From Nitrospirota bacterium (GTDB lineage: Bacteria > Nitrospirota > Nitrospiria > 2-01-FULL-66-17), in NCBI GenBank assembly GCA_049325335.1, contig JBMOMC010000043.1:213852-277851 (forward strand): 64,000 bases of DNA, given 5' to 3'. The notes beneath the pieces were generated by a model. It was not told the DNA's origin. It worked only from the letters and a program-made list of their open reading frames with translations, and searched no databases. A program made the translations under genes and the position numbers. This document shows, one piece after another, positions 1-9,904 of this stretch (its first letter is position 1; every line of letters begins with the position of its first letter).

Positions 1-180
1 ATGGCTCGCGACCGGTTACGGGTGTTGGAGCAACACGTCAACGCACACAAGGGTTTGTCGGACGCGGACAAAGTCCAGTTGCAGCAATACATCACCCGCA
101 TCTACGGCTCGTTCACCACGTTCAACGTGCTGTTCAAGAACCGCGAGGATCAATTCGTGGGGCAAAAGGGCGAGGAGTGA
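1..180 (+). CDS. Hypothetical protein, C-terminal part (probably truncated by the window edge)
   Basis: Open frame from base 1 reads [62 protein letters not shown] at 178-180; 7 nt upstream of the next gene. Confidence 0.75.
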   Translation: MARDRLRVLEQHVNAHKGLSDADKVQLQQYITRIYGSFTTFNVLFKNREDQFVGQKGEE

Positions 181-187
181 GCGTGCC

Positions 188-532
188 GTGAAGCCCCCTC
201 CGATCCCGCAGCTCCACCCGCAAACCCTCAAGTCGCGGCTCGATGCCGGCGAGCCCCTCGTGATCGTGGATGTGCGCGAGACGTGGGAGTACTCGCTCGC
301 GCACATCCCGGGGTCGATCAACTTCCCGTTGGGCGAACTGGCCGACTGCGTGATGGAGCTTGATCAGGAAGACGAGATCGTGGTGTGCTGCCACCACGGC
401 GCGCGCAGTTACGAGGGCGCGCAGATCCTGATCGAATCCGGGTTTCCCCGCGTGGCCAATTTGATCGGCGGCATCGACGCGTGGTCGTGCCTGGTGGATC
501 CGTCCATTCCGCGGTACCGCGAAGGCGGGTAA
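188..532 (+). CDS. Rhodanese-like sulfurtransferase (single domain)
   Basis: DVRE motif, CHHGARS active-site loop, GGIDAW motif; GAGGAG upstream. Confidence 0.9.
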   Translation: MKPPPIPQLHPQTLKSRLDAGEPLVIVDVRETWEYSLAHIPGSINFPLGELADCVMELDQEDEIVVCCHHGARSYEGAQILIESGFPRVANLIGGIDAWSCLVDPSIPRYREGG

Positions 533-566
533 CGCGAACACCGGACGGCATTCGGGGAGGAGTTGC

Positions 567-596
567 TTGACCCGCGAACCGACAGCGGGCTAAGCT
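567..596 (+). promoter_or_regulatory. Putative sigma70 promoter
   Basis: TTGACC-N18-TAAGCT upstream of the 646 ORF. Confidence 0.45.
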
Positions 597-645
597 GGGC
601 CGTTCTGAAGGCTCGGTGTCGGCCCCTGATGAGTGAAGGCCTCTG

Positions 646-1437
646 ATGGCTGTTGATCCCACCAAACCGAAGCGCATTCTCGTTGTACACGGCGTGCAAT
701 CCGGCACGAATGCCGACCAGAACCAGCATCACCTCATCGTCGAACTGATTAAAACGCGCCTGAACAACGCGCCGTTGCGGTTCGAGGCGGAGATGTATCG
801 GTACGAGAACGTCAACGATCAGGCGCAGCGGCAGCTCCGGCACGTGATGAAGTTGTTCTTCAATCACATTGTGGCGGAGAAGTTGGTGGACCTGACCGCT
901 GATATCGTTTTGGACGTGTTGATCGCGCTCAAAGGCGACAACACGGCACGGACGATCCGTCAGGGGTTGGTGGATCGGCTGCTGGAAATCCATGATGACG
1001 GCAATCCTCTCTACCTGGTCGCGCACAGCCTGGGAACGATCTATGCGTTCGACGCGGTGAATCAGTTGATTAAGACGCCGGGGTGTTTTGATCGCGGCAA
1101 CCGCAAGACCTGGCCGGTGCTGGGGTTGATCACCCTGGGTTCTCCCATCGGGCTCAGGATGTTCAAGCGCACTCGCGTGACGCCGCTCGGCCCCGGGGAT
1201 AAATTCATGCGGTGGATCAACTATTGGGACCGCACGGATCCGGTGGTGACCGGCTCGTTTTACGGGAAACCGAACGAAGGGTATGTCATTGCCGAGCGCT
1301 TCGCGACGCGCAACGAGGATTGCGGGTGGATCATCCAAGACAAGGTTGTGGATGTCGGGAAGGCCTGGTTGCCGGCGCATTGCGGCTATTGGTCGCATCC
1401 CGGGCTTGGGGATGACTTGGTGAGCTTGCTGGGGTGA
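646..1437 (+). CDS. Alpha/beta-hydrolase (lipase-like) protein
   Basis: VVHGV, VAHSLG nucleophile elbow, TLGSP, D-PV and C-terminal H-x-x-YW motifs. Confidence 0.75.
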   Translation: MAVDPTKPKRILVVHGVQSGTNADQNQHHLIVELIKTRLNNAPLRFEAEMYRYENVNDQAQRQLRHVMKLFFNHIVAEKLVDLTADIVLDVLIALKGDNTARTIRQGLVDRLLEIHDDGNPLYLVAHSLGTIYAFDAVNQLIKTPGCFDRGNRKTWPVLGLITLGSPIGLRMFKRTRVTPLGPGDKFMRWINYWDRTDPVVTGSFYGKPNEGYVIAERFATRNEDCGWIIQDKVVDVGKAWLPAHCGYWSHPGLGDDLVSLLG

Positions 1438-1466
1438 TCGCATCATGCGGGAAGAGAGGAGCTGAT

Positions 1467-2003
1467 ATGCGGGTGATGGGACGGGGATTATTGGTGGTCA
1501 CGCTGATGCTCGCGGGTTGCGCGCACCGATACGTGTACTCTGGGACCGTGGAGGCGCCGGATTCGGCGGGGCGGGTTGGGCCGCACCTGATTTATTGGAA
1601 CACAACCACGCGACCGCTCTGGTTCGACACGCAGGAAGGTAGCGTGCGGATCTTGGCGGGGTGCAGCCGCAATACCGTCGCGTATGACGAGCAGCCGTCT
1701 GGGATTTTTTTTAGGGCGCGCGGTCGCGACAAACCCGTGCTGGCGCAAGCGTCGGATCCGCGCGTCTGCGGCCGAGTCCTCACCGCCGACCGGATCGTGG
1801 ATCTGCCGGACGGCCGCGTGAACGTGACGGTGTCGTGCCAGGACGCGCCCCAAGACGATCTGGATACCCCGCAACCCTACCTCAAAGCCCGTGAACAACC
1901 CTACGAATTTCCCGTGACCAGGCGGGAAGTGAAAGACTTCGGCGAAATCCCCGCGCGGCCGGAGTGCGATCGGTCGGGGACATCCGAAACGATCCCCGAG
2001 TGA
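1467..2003 (+). CDS. Hypothetical lipoprotein
   Basis: GAGGAG RBS before ATG 1467; signal peptide with LAGC lipobox; several cysteines. Confidence 0.75.
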   Translation: MRVMGRGLLVVTLMLAGCAHRYVYSGTVEAPDSAGRVGPHLIYWNTTTRPLWFDTQEGSVRILAGCSRNTVAYDEQPSGIFFRARGRDKPVLAQASDPRVCGRVLTADRIVDLPDGRVNVTVSCQDAPQDDLDTPQPYLKAREQPYEFPVTRREVKDFGEIPARPECDRSGTSETIPE

Positions 2004-2015
2004 ATCGGAGACCGC

Positions 2016-2801
2016 GTGATGATCACGGACACGGAATCGACTGATCTACACACCCCCACCGGCCCCATGCGCACGTATGTATTTCGTCCGGCTGCCGCGG
2101 GGCGGTATCCGGGCCTGCTTGTGTACTCCGAGATCTTCCAGGTCACGGGGCCCATCCGTCGCACCGCGGCTCTGTTGGCGAGCCACGGTTTTGTGGTGGC
2201 GGTTCCGGAGATCTATCACGAACTGGAGCCGGCCGGCACGGTGTTGGCCTACGACGAGGCGGGCGCGGAACGCGGCAACCGGCACAAGATCACCAAGGCG
2301 CTGGCGAGCTATGACACGGATGCGCGCGCGGTCTTGGACTATCTGACGGCGTCGCCGCACTGCACGGGCCGGCTGGGCGTGATGGGGATCTGTATCGGGG
2401 GGCACCTTGCGTTCCGCGCCGCGATGAATCCAGACGTGTTGGCCGCCGCGTGTTTTTACGCGACCGACATCCATAAACGCGGATTGGGCAGCGGTACGCG
2501 CGATAACAGCCTGGACCGGATTCCCGAGATTACGGGTGAGCTGCTCATGATCTGGGGCAGACAAGACCCCCACATTCCGCGCGAGGGTCGGGCGCTCATC
2601 TACAACGCGCTCAGCGACGCCGGAACGCGTTTTCAGTGGCACGAATTCAACGCCGCGCACGCCTTTCTCCGCGATGAAGGCCCCCGCTACGATCCGGCCG
2701 CAGCGAGGATCTGCTACGACATGGCGCTGGAACTGTTTCACCGGAAACTCGGTGAAGGTGATCGGAGTGCGGCGGCCGCGTCCACCGAAACCAAACACTG
2801 A
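2016..2801 (+). CDS. Dienelactone hydrolase family protein
   Basis: EIF motif, GICIGG (Cys nucleophile), D and AHAF catalytic motifs. Confidence 0.9.
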   Translation: MMITDTESTDLHTPTGPMRTYVFRPAAAGRYPGLLVYSEIFQVTGPIRRTAALLASHGFVVAVPEIYHELEPAGTVLAYDEAGAERGNRHKITKALASYDTDARAVLDYLTASPHCTGRLGVMGICIGGHLAFRAAMNPDVLAAACFYATDIHKRGLGSGTRDNSLDRIPEITGELLMIWGRQDPHIPREGRALIYNALSDAGTRFQWHEFNAAHAFLRDEGPRYDPAAARICYDMALELFHRKLGEGDRSAAAASTETKH

Positions 2802-2943
2802 AGCCTGAGCCCGCCATCCATGCGGCGTTGACATCGTATGGCGCTCAGCGGGAAGATACTCCGCCATCCGCGCTGTTCCCGCGGCGCGTCGCGGCGGGGT
2901 GAGGGAAATCGTGGTTCCTCGGATTGTCACGGGAGGGCTGACC

Positions 2944-3309
2944 ATGAAGATCGGACCGACCAAGGTGATCATCATGAGCCATGCGTTGTATGACGCGAGT
3001 ACCGGCACGCTGGTCAAGGACGGGTTGTCCACGCGGGAGGCCATCAACGACTACGCGGCGCGGCACTTTATCGCCTTGCCGGTGGTGGACCATGCGGGGC
3101 GCGAGTGGTCATTCGACGGGGAGTTTGTGTACTGCCTGCACGGTGGGACGTATGAGACCCTGGATTGCGACCTCCCCCACGCCAGACCCTGCGTGGATTG
3201 CGGGGGAATGTCGCTTCCCAGCGACGAGGTCACCCTTGAGCGGGACTGTATCCGGTGCACCCAATGCGGCCATGAATTTGAGGCACGCCTGGAGATGATG
3301 GAGAGCTGA
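2944..3309 (+). CDS. Hypothetical protein with C-terminal Zn-ribbon
   Basis: GGGAGG RBS before ATG 2944; CVDC ... CIRCTQC motifs. Confidence 0.65.
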   Translation: MKIGPTKVIIMSHALYDASTGTLVKDGLSTREAINDYAARHFIALPVVDHAGREWSFDGEFVYCLHGGTYETLDCDLPHARPCVDCGGMSLPSDEVTLERDCIRCTQCGHEFEARLEMMES

Positions 3310-3448
3310 TGTCCCGTCGTCCGTCTGCCGGGGGTTGGGCGCGAGCAGGCTTCGCGTCGCAAGCCCGTTGAGTTCTTCCTGGCTCCGCGAGTTGCGGAGC
3401 CGCGATCCGACCCCGTATACTCTGGTGCCCTTGATTCCGGAACGCCGC

Positions 3449-4042
3449 GTGCAACGCCTCCTGTTTTTCGATATTGAAACCGTGCCCACCGAGCACGGGT
3501 TTACGCACGGCAAGCCGCGTGGAGCCGACGAGAGCGAGGAGCAGTACATCAAGCGCCTCTCGCTCTCCGCGCTCACCGCGCGGGTGTTGTGCCTCGGCTA
3601 CGCGCTGGAGCCGCCTACGGACGCGCCTGCACAGGTCCTGGCCGGGGACGAGGCCGCGATCCTCAAGGATTTTTGGGGGCTGGTGGAACGGGCCGATCTG
3701 TTTATCGGCCACAATGTCTTGGATTTTGACCTGAAGTTCATCGTCCAGCGCTCCACCATCCACCGGATCAAGCCCAGCCGGGAGATCCCGTTCGCGCGGT
3801 TTCGCAATGCTCCGGTGTTCGACACCATGCAGGAGTGGTCGCGCTGGGGTCGCGACAATGCCGGCCTGGAGGCGCTGGCACTGGCGATGGGCCTGGCCTC
3901 GCCGAAGGATGGGATGGACGGGTCCAAGGTATATCCCGCGTTCGTCGCCGGTAAGTTGGAGGAAATCTCCCGCTACTGTCGGGGCGACGTCGAGACGGTG
4001 CGGAACATTTATCGACGGTTGAAATTTGCGGAAGGGAGTTAG
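3449..4042 (+). CDS. DEDD 3'-5' exonuclease (PolB-exonuclease / RNase H-like)
   Basis: FFDIETVP (ExoI), GHNVLDFD (ExoII), YCRGDV (ExoIII); start codon uncertain. Confidence 0.85.
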   Translation: MQRLLFFDIETVPTEHGFTHGKPRGADESEEQYIKRLSLSALTARVLCLGYALEPPTDAPAQVLAGDEAAILKDFWGLVERADLFIGHNVLDFDLKFIVQRSTIHRIKPSREIPFARFRNAPVFDTMQEWSRWGRDNAGLEALALAMGLASPKDGMDGSKVYPAFVAGKLEEISRYCRGDVETVRNIYRRLKFAEGS

Positions 4043-5722
4043 ATGGCGACGTATCAGTACATTTTCACGATGCACAAGGTCACCAAGGTGGTTCCGCCCA
4101 AGCGCAAGATCTTGGAGGACATCTCGCTGTCGTTTTATCCCGGCGCGAAGATCGGGGTGCTGGGGTTGAACGGCTCGGGCAAGTCCACATTGCTGCGAAT
4201 CATGGCGGGCGCGGACCCGGAGTTCTTGGGTGAAGCCAAGCCGGCCAAGGGCATCAAGATCGGGTATCTTCCCCAGGAGCCGCAGTTGAATCTTTCCAAA
4301 GACGTGCGCGGCAACGTGGAAGAAGGCGTGGCCGCGGTCAAAGGTCTGCTGGATGAGTTCAACGCGGTGAGCGCCAAATTGGGCGAGCCCATGTCGGATG
4401 ACGCCATGACCGCGCTGCTCGACAAACAAGCCGCGCTGCAGGAAAAAATCGACGCGGCCAACGCGTGGGAACTGGACCGTCAGTTGGAGATCGCGGCGGA
4501 TGCCCTGCGCCTGCCGCCGTGGGACGCGGACGTGGAGAAACTCTCGGGCGGAGAGCGTCGGCGCGTGGCGTTGTGCCGGCTGCTCCTATCCAACCCCGAC
4601 ATGTTGCTGCTCGATGAGCCCACCAACCACTTGGACGCGGAATCCGTGGCCTGGTTGGAGCGATTCCTGAAGGATTTTAAGGGCACGGTGGTGGCGGTCA
4701 CCCACGATCGGTATTTCCTGGACAACGTGGCGGGCTGGATCTTGGAGCTGGATCGCGGGCGCGGCATCCCGTGGGAAGGCAATTATTCGTCGTGGCTCGA
4801 TCAAAAGGCGGTGCGACTCGCGCAGGAAGAAAAGCAGGAATCCGCGCGCCAACGCGCCCTCAAACACGAGTTGGAATGGGTCCGCACCGCGCCCAAGGGC
4901 CGCCATGCCAAGAGCAAGGCACGGCTCAAAGCCTACGAGGAACTCGCGTCCCAAGAAGTCACGTCCCGCAGCGAAACCAAGGACATCATGATTCCGCCGG
5001 GGCCGCGTCTGGGCGAACTCGTGATCGAGGTCAAGGATCTGATCAAAGGCTTCCGCGATCGGCTGTTGATCGAGGGCCTAAGTTTTTCGCTCCCGCGCGG
5101 CGGGATCGTGGGCATCATTGGTCCCAACGGCGCGGGCAAAACCACGCTGTTTCGGATGCTCGTCGGCCAGGACAAGCCAGACAGCGGGACGGTCAAGGTG
5201 GGGGATACCGTGAAGCTGGCATACGTGGATCAGTCGCGCGACGCCCTGGATGGCGCCAAAACCGTGTTCGACGAGATTGCCGGCGGTCAGGACGTGATTA
5301 TGGTGGGCAAACGCGAATTGGCCGCGCGTGCGTACGTGGGCGGCTTCAATTTCAAGAATACGGACCAACAGAAGCTCGTGAAGGAACTCTCGGGCGGCGA
5401 ACGCAACCGCGTGCATCTGGCCAAATTACTCAAGAGCGGCGGCAACGTGTTGCTGCTCGATGAGCCGAGCAACGACCTGGACGTAGAAACCCTGCGCGCG
5501 GTGGAGGAGGCGCTGTTGGACTTTGCGGGCTGCGTACTGGTGATCAGCCACGACCGCTGGTTCCTGGACCGGATCGCCACGCACATCCTGGCGTTCGAGG
5601 GCGACAGTCGGGTGGTGTGGTTCGAGGGCAATTATTTGGAGTACGAGGAAGATCGCCACAAACGCCTCGGCGCGGAAGCGGACCAGCCGCACCGCATCAA
5701 GTACCGGCCGCTGACCCGCTAA
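4043..5722 (+). CDS. ettA: Energy-dependent translational throttle protein EttA (ABC-F ATPase)
   Basis: Two ABC domains ([21 protein letters not shown] x2), no TM segments, typical [11 protein letters not shown]-terminus. Confidence 0.95.
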   Translation: MATYQYIFTMHKVTKVVPPKRKILEDISLSFYPGAKIGVLGLNGSGKSTLLRIMAGADPEFLGEAKPAKGIKIGYLPQEPQLNLSKDVRGNVEEGVAAVKGLLDEFNAVSAKLGEPMSDDAMTALLDKQAALQEKIDAANAWELDRQLEIAADALRLPPWDADVEKLSGGERRRVALCRLLLSNPDMLLLDEPTNHLDAESVAWLERFLKDFKGTVVAVTHDRYFLDNVAGWILELDRGRGIPWEGNYSSWLDQKAVRLAQEEKQESARQRALKHELEWVRTAPKGRHAKSKARLKAYEELASQEVTSRSETKDIMIPPGPRLGELVIEVKDLIKGFRDRLLIEGLSFSLPRGGIVGIIGPNGAGKTTLFRMLVGQDKPDSGTVKVGDTVKLAYVDQSRDALDGAKTVFDEIAGGQDVIMVGKRELAARAYVGGFNFKNTDQQKLVKELSGGERNRVHLAKLLKSGGNVLLLDEPSNDLDVETLRAVEEALLDFAGCVLVISHDRWFLDRIATHILAFEGDSRVVWFEGNYLEYEEDRHKRLGAEADQPHRIKYRPLTR

Positions 5723-5810
5723 AGTTGGCTGGTATGCCGATGACGAGCGATTCCCCCCGATCATCTCAATGCCCCCTGAACCGGCGAACGATATTTCGAA
5801 TTCTCGCTCC

Positions 5811-5996
5811 ATGAAAATGCTCAAAGTCAGCCGGGGCTCGCTGTTTCTCTGCGACACCTGCTACCACATCATCGAGGAGTCGGGGCAAATCGATGGTGAT
5901 CGCGCCGCGTCCGACGCGGTGATCGGGGAGTTGTGTCCCAATTGCGAAGATCAGAACAAGCCCCTGTTGGACGACCTGCTGGGCAGCGAGGAATAA
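5811..5996 (+). CDS. Small putative Zn-binding protein
   Basis: 61 aa with CDTC ... CPNC and acidic C-terminus. Confidence 0.6.
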   Translation: MKMLKVSRGSLFLCDTCYHIIEESGQIDGDRAASDAVIGELCPNCEDQNKPLLDDLLGSEE

Positions 5997-6091
5997 TCCC
6001 CGGTTCGCATCCGCGTGGTTTCTTGATTCACCGCGGTTCTCTTGCTATTCTGGCTGGCCTGTTGCCTGTTCATCCGTCTGGTTGAATCGCG

Positions 6092-6727
6092 ATGCGCGTG
6101 ACCGAGATCTTCCACAGTATCCAAGGCGAGTCCACGTTTGCGGGACTCCCGTGCGTGTTTGTCCGCGTGACCGGTTGTCCGTTGCGTTGTACGTGGTGCG
6201 ATACCGCGTACGCGTTCTACGACGGCGACGAGATGAACTTGGATCAGGTCATGGCGCGGGTGGCGGGTTTTGGCTGCCGATTGGTCGAGATCACGGGCGG
6301 CGAACCATTGCATAACCCCGAGGCGTTCGCATTGATCGCGCGTTTGGCGGACGCGGGATACACCGTCCTAGTGGAGACCAGCGGCGCCATCGACATTGCG
6401 CCGGTGGACCGGCGCGCCGTGATCATCATGGATTTGAAATGTCCGGGGAGCGGCATGGACGACCGCAATCTGTGGGGCAATCTCGATCGCCTCAAACCCG
6501 GCGATCAGGTCAAGTTCGTGCTCAAGGACCGAGAGGACTACGAGTGGACGCGCGAGGTGCTGGCGCGCACACGGGTCCACGAGCGGCAGACCGTGTTGTT
6601 TTCGACCGTGTTCGGCGAGCTGGACCCCAAGGTGCTTGCGGAATGGATGCTGGAGGATCGCGTGTCGGCGAGGCTCCAATTGCAATTACACAAACTGATT
6701 TGGGATCCCGCCGCGCGTGGCGTGTAG
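6092..6727 (+). CDS. queE: 7-carboxy-7-deazaguanine synthase (radical SAM)
   Basis: EIFHSIQGE, CPLRCTWCDT (CxxxCxxC), TGGEP, QLHK motifs. Confidence 0.9.
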   Translation: MRVTEIFHSIQGESTFAGLPCVFVRVTGCPLRCTWCDTAYAFYDGDEMNLDQVMARVAGFGCRLVEITGGEPLHNPEAFALIARLADAGYTVLVETSGAIDIAPVDRRAVIIMDLKCPGSGMDDRNLWGNLDRLKPGDQVKFVLKDREDYEWTREVLARTRVHERQTVLFSTVFGELDPKVLAEWMLEDRVSARLQLQLHKLIWDPAARGV

Positions 6728-6769
6728 GCGGGTTCGTTCGACGAAGAGTGTGTCCGAGTAACCAAGTTT

Positions 6770-6842
6770 GGAGCCTGTTCAGGGAAGGTCAGACGCAAGG
6801 CCGACCGACAACGCGGCAGATGGCCTTTCATGACCAGGCTCC
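6770..6842. mobile_element. Short MITE-like element (apparently internally deleted copy)
   Basis: Terminal inverted repeats GGAGCCTGTTCAGGGAAGG / CCTTTCATGACCAGGCTCC (16/19 match); about 50 nt closely match 37270-37319 in reverse orientation. Confidence 0.7.
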
Positions 6843-6854
6843 TCGAGGAGGGGT

Positions 6855-8444
6855 ATGACGCGAGCAATTACAGTGAAGGCCGGGTCCATCCAGCGAGCGA
6901 CCGAAGACGCGGTGGTGGTGTTCCGGCACCAAGGCGGAGAAGCCCCTGAGTTTTTCGCCGCGATCGGCAGGGCGGTGGGGCCGTCGTTCGCGCAGGCGCT
7001 CACCGGCGCGGGTTTCGACGGGAAGGCGGGCCAGGCGGTGCTGGTGCATACCGCGGGGCGGATCACGCCGCGGGTGGTGGTGGCCGCGGGACTGGGCCCG
7101 CGCGATGGCATGGGGCCGGAGCGCGTGCGGCAGGCCGCGGCGCGGGCGGCGCAACGCGCGCGGGACGCGGGGTGCGAACGCGTGGCCTTCGACGCCGCGA
7201 TCGGGGATGATGCCGAGTCGATCGCGCGCGCGTGCGTCGAGGGCGCGCTCATGGGGTTGTATCGATTCACCCGCTACAAGACGGATCGCGACAACAACGG
7301 GCGCGACGTCAAGGCCGTGGTCTGTTACATCGGCTCGGGAGAGCATTCCGCGGCGCGGGCCGGCGCGCGCCGCGGCGCGATCGTGGCCGAGAGCGTCAAT
7401 CACGTCCGCGACCTGGGGAACCTTCCCTCGAACGTGGCCACTCCCACGTACATCGCGGCGCGGGCGCGGGCTGTTGCGCGGGCGAACAAACTCTCGTGCG
7501 AAGTGCTTGACCGCAAGGGCATGGAGCGCCTGGGCATGGGCGCCTTGCTGGGCGTGGCCCGTGGCAGCATGGAACCCCCGAAGTTCATCATTCTCCGATA
7601 CGACGGCGGGAAGACATCCGGACGCGCGTCCGATCGCCCGATCGTGTTGGTCGGGAAAACCATCACGTTCGACAGCGGCGGCATTTCGCTCAAACCCGCG
7701 GACAAGATGGAGCAGATGAAGAGCGACATGATGGGCGGGGCGGGCGTGTTGTCGGTCATGGAGGCCGCGGCCAAGTTGTCGCTGCCGATGTCGATCGTCG
7801 GGTTGTTGCCCGCGACCGAGAACATGCCGAGTGGGACCGCGATCAAACCCGGCGACGTGGTCACCGCGATGTCCGGCACCACGGTGGAAGTGATCAATAC
7901 CGACGCCGAGGGCCGGTTGATCCTGGCCGACGCCTTGGCGTATGCGGTCAAACGCTTCCAGCCCCGGATGATGGTGGACATCGCCACCTTGACCGGCGCG
8001 TGCTCCATTGCACTTGGCCAACACGCGATCGGGTTGTTGGGCACGGACGCGCCGCTTATCGACCGGCTGCGTCGGGCCGCGGACGACTCGGGCGAACGCG
8101 TGTGGCAGTTGCCGTTGTGGGAGGAGTACTACGAGCAGATCACGAGCGACGTGGCGGACCTCAAGAACACGGGCGGCCGGGCCGCGGGGACCATTACGGC
8201 CGCGGCGTTTTTGAGCAAGTTCGTGGGAAGTACGCCGTGGGCGCACCTGGACATCGCGGGCACCATGTGGAGCGACGATGCGCGCCATTATGTGACCAAA
8301 GGTCCCACCGGCGCCGGCGTGCGCCTGCTTATTCAATTTTTGATCGACGAGGCGGGAACCGCGCAGCCGCCCAAACCGCGCGCGCGGACTCGGGTCCCGC
8401 GACGGATGCGCGCCGGGATCCGCCGTGCGACGGTTCGGCGATGA
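6855..8444 (+). CDS. pepA: Leucyl aminopeptidase (M17)
   Basis: GKTITFDSGG, MKSDM, NTDAEGRL signature; GAGGAGG RBS. Confidence 0.95.
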   Translation: MTRAITVKAGSIQRATEDAVVVFRHQGGEAPEFFAAIGRAVGPSFAQALTGAGFDGKAGQAVLVHTAGRITPRVVVAAGLGPRDGMGPERVRQAAARAAQRARDAGCERVAFDAAIGDDAESIARACVEGALMGLYRFTRYKTDRDNNGRDVKAVVCYIGSGEHSAARAGARRGAIVAESVNHVRDLGNLPSNVATPTYIAARARAVARANKLSCEVLDRKGMERLGMGALLGVARGSMEPPKFIILRYDGGKTSGRASDRPIVLVGKTITFDSGGISLKPADKMEQMKSDMMGGAGVLSVMEAAAKLSLPMSIVGLLPATENMPSGTAIKPGDVVTAMSGTTVEVINTDAEGRLILADALAYAVKRFQPRMMVDIATLTGACSIALGQHAIGLLGTDAPLIDRLRRAADDSGERVWQLPLWEEYYEQITSDVADLKNTGGRAAGTITAAAFLSKFVGSTPWAHLDIAGTMWSDDARHYVTKGPTGAGVRLLIQFLIDEAGTAQPPKPRARTRVPRRMRAGIRRATVRR

Positions 8445-9514
8445 ACCTCAAGGAAAAGCTCGCGCAACTCATCATGGTCGGATTCGAGGGCACGCGCCCC
8501 GGTCCGTCCATCACGCGGTTGGTGAAGACCACGCGCGTGGGCGGGGTCATTTTGTTCCGGCGCAACGTGACGAGCCCGGAACACGTGCTCGCGCTGACGC
8601 GCGGATTGCAACGACTTGCGCCCAAGGCGCCCCTGTTCGTGGCCATTGATCAGGAAGGCGGGCGAGTGAGTCGCCTGCCGCCTCCGTTCACGCAGTTCCC
8701 CCCGGCCGCGACGTTGGGCGCGCGCAAAGGCGTGGCGCTCACGTACGCGATCGGCGAAATCATGGGCCGCGAGCTGGCCGCGGTCGGCGTGAACATGAAC
8801 ATGGCGCCGGTGCTGGACGTGAACACCAACGCGGCCAACCCGATCATCGGAGATCGCGCGTTCGGCGACAGCCCGATGGTGGTGGAGGAACACGGCCTGG
8901 CCTTGATGGTGGGACTTCAGGACCAAGGCGTGATCGCGTGCGCGAAACATTTCCCGGGGCACGGGGCCACGTCCGCCGACTCGCACTTGGAGTTGCCCGA
9001 GGTGGACGTGACGCTCCGTCAACTCGAGCGGCTGCATTTACGCCCCTTCGAACACGCCGTCGCCAACCGGCTGTCCGCGCTCATGACGGCCCACGTTCGT
9101 TACCCCTCGTTGGACGCGCGGGCGCCCGCCACCCTCTCCAAGAAGATCCTGACCGGGCTGTTGCGGCGGGCCATGGGGTTCGACGGGGTGGTGATCACGG
9201 ACGATCTGGAGATGAAAGCGATCGCGGATCGTTACGACGCGGGCCCCGCCGCGCTCAAAGCGTTCGAGGCCGGGGCGGACGTGTTGCTGTTCTGTCTGGA
9301 TCAAGACGCGCCCCGCCAAGCGATCGACGCGTTGGCGGGCGCGGTCACGCGCGGGCGGCTGTCCGAGGCGCGGATCGACCAGTCGCTCAATCGGGTGTTG
9401 CGACTCAAGGAGAAATTCCTGCTCGGCGTGAAACCCCCGAGCAAGGCGCGGCTTCGTGCGGTGGTGGGGTGCGACGCCCACCGACACGTGGTCGAACAAA
9501 CTCAAATGGGCTGA
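8441..9514 (+). CDS. nagZ: Beta-N-acetylhexosaminidase (GH3)
   Basis: DQEGGRV, KHFPGHG-x4-DSH, ITDDLEM motifs; ATGA overlap with pepA stop. Confidence 0.92.
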   Translation: MNLKEKLAQLIMVGFEGTRPGPSITRLVKTTRVGGVILFRRNVTSPEHVLALTRGLQRLAPKAPLFVAIDQEGGRVSRLPPPFTQFPPAATLGARKGVALTYAIGEIMGRELAAVGVNMNMAPVLDVNTNAANPIIGDRAFGDSPMVVEEHGLALMVGLQDQGVIACAKHFPGHGATSADSHLELPEVDVTLRQLERLHLRPFEHAVANRLSALMTAHVRYPSLDARAPATLSKKILTGLLRRAMGFDGVVITDDLEMKAIADRYDAGPAALKAFEAGADVLLFCLDQDAPRQAIDALAGAVTRGRLSEARIDQSLNRVLRLKEKFLLGVKPPSKARLRAVVGCDAHRHVVEQTQMG

Positions 9515-9590
9515 GGAAGAAGACCGAGGCGGCGGTGCACCTCGGCGCGGCGCGCGTCCAGGGACGGAGCGCGCGCCGGAAACCGACGGG

Positions 9591-9815
9591 TTACTTCCGC
9601 TTCGACGCTTTGCCGGTCAACAGCCAGTCCACGCTGACCTTGCCGAAATCGGCGATGCGCAGCAGCAGTTCGGGATTGGGCACGCGGCCCCGTTCGTACC
9701 GGCTGATGTAGTTCTGCTTTTTCACGCCGATGGATTTGGCAAACTCGGTTTGGGTCATCGACCCGCGAATCTCCCGGATTCGTTGACCGACCTGTGTGGG
9801 AGAGTATTTCTGCAT
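9591..9815 (-). CDS. XRE-family HTH transcriptional regulator
   Basis: 74 aa, MTQTEFAKSIGV...YISRYERG...VSVDWLLTG; AGGAGGT RBS. Confidence 0.9.
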   Translation of the reverse strand: MQKYSPTQVGQRIREIRGSMTQTEFAKSIGVKKQNYISRYERGRVPNPELLLRIADFGKVSVDWLLTGKASKRK

Positions 9816-9853
9816 CGCCGACCTCCTCCTGTCCGGAATATGCTGACCACGGA

Positions 9854-9904
9854 TATACACAAACGTACTGTTCGAGTATAGCCAACGCCGGAAAAGCAAG
9901 TCAA
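9854..9904 (-). promoter_or_regulatory. Promoter of the XRE gene with overlapping palindrome (possible operator)
   Basis: TTGACT(9904-9899)-N18-TATACT(9880-9875); imperfect palindrome TATACACAAAC-N5-GTTCGAGTATA at 9854-9880. Confidence 0.55.

Noticed and set aside
597..645. CTGATGAG resembling a hammerhead ribozyme core
   Set aside because: No stem II followed by GAAA and no matching cleavage-site stem
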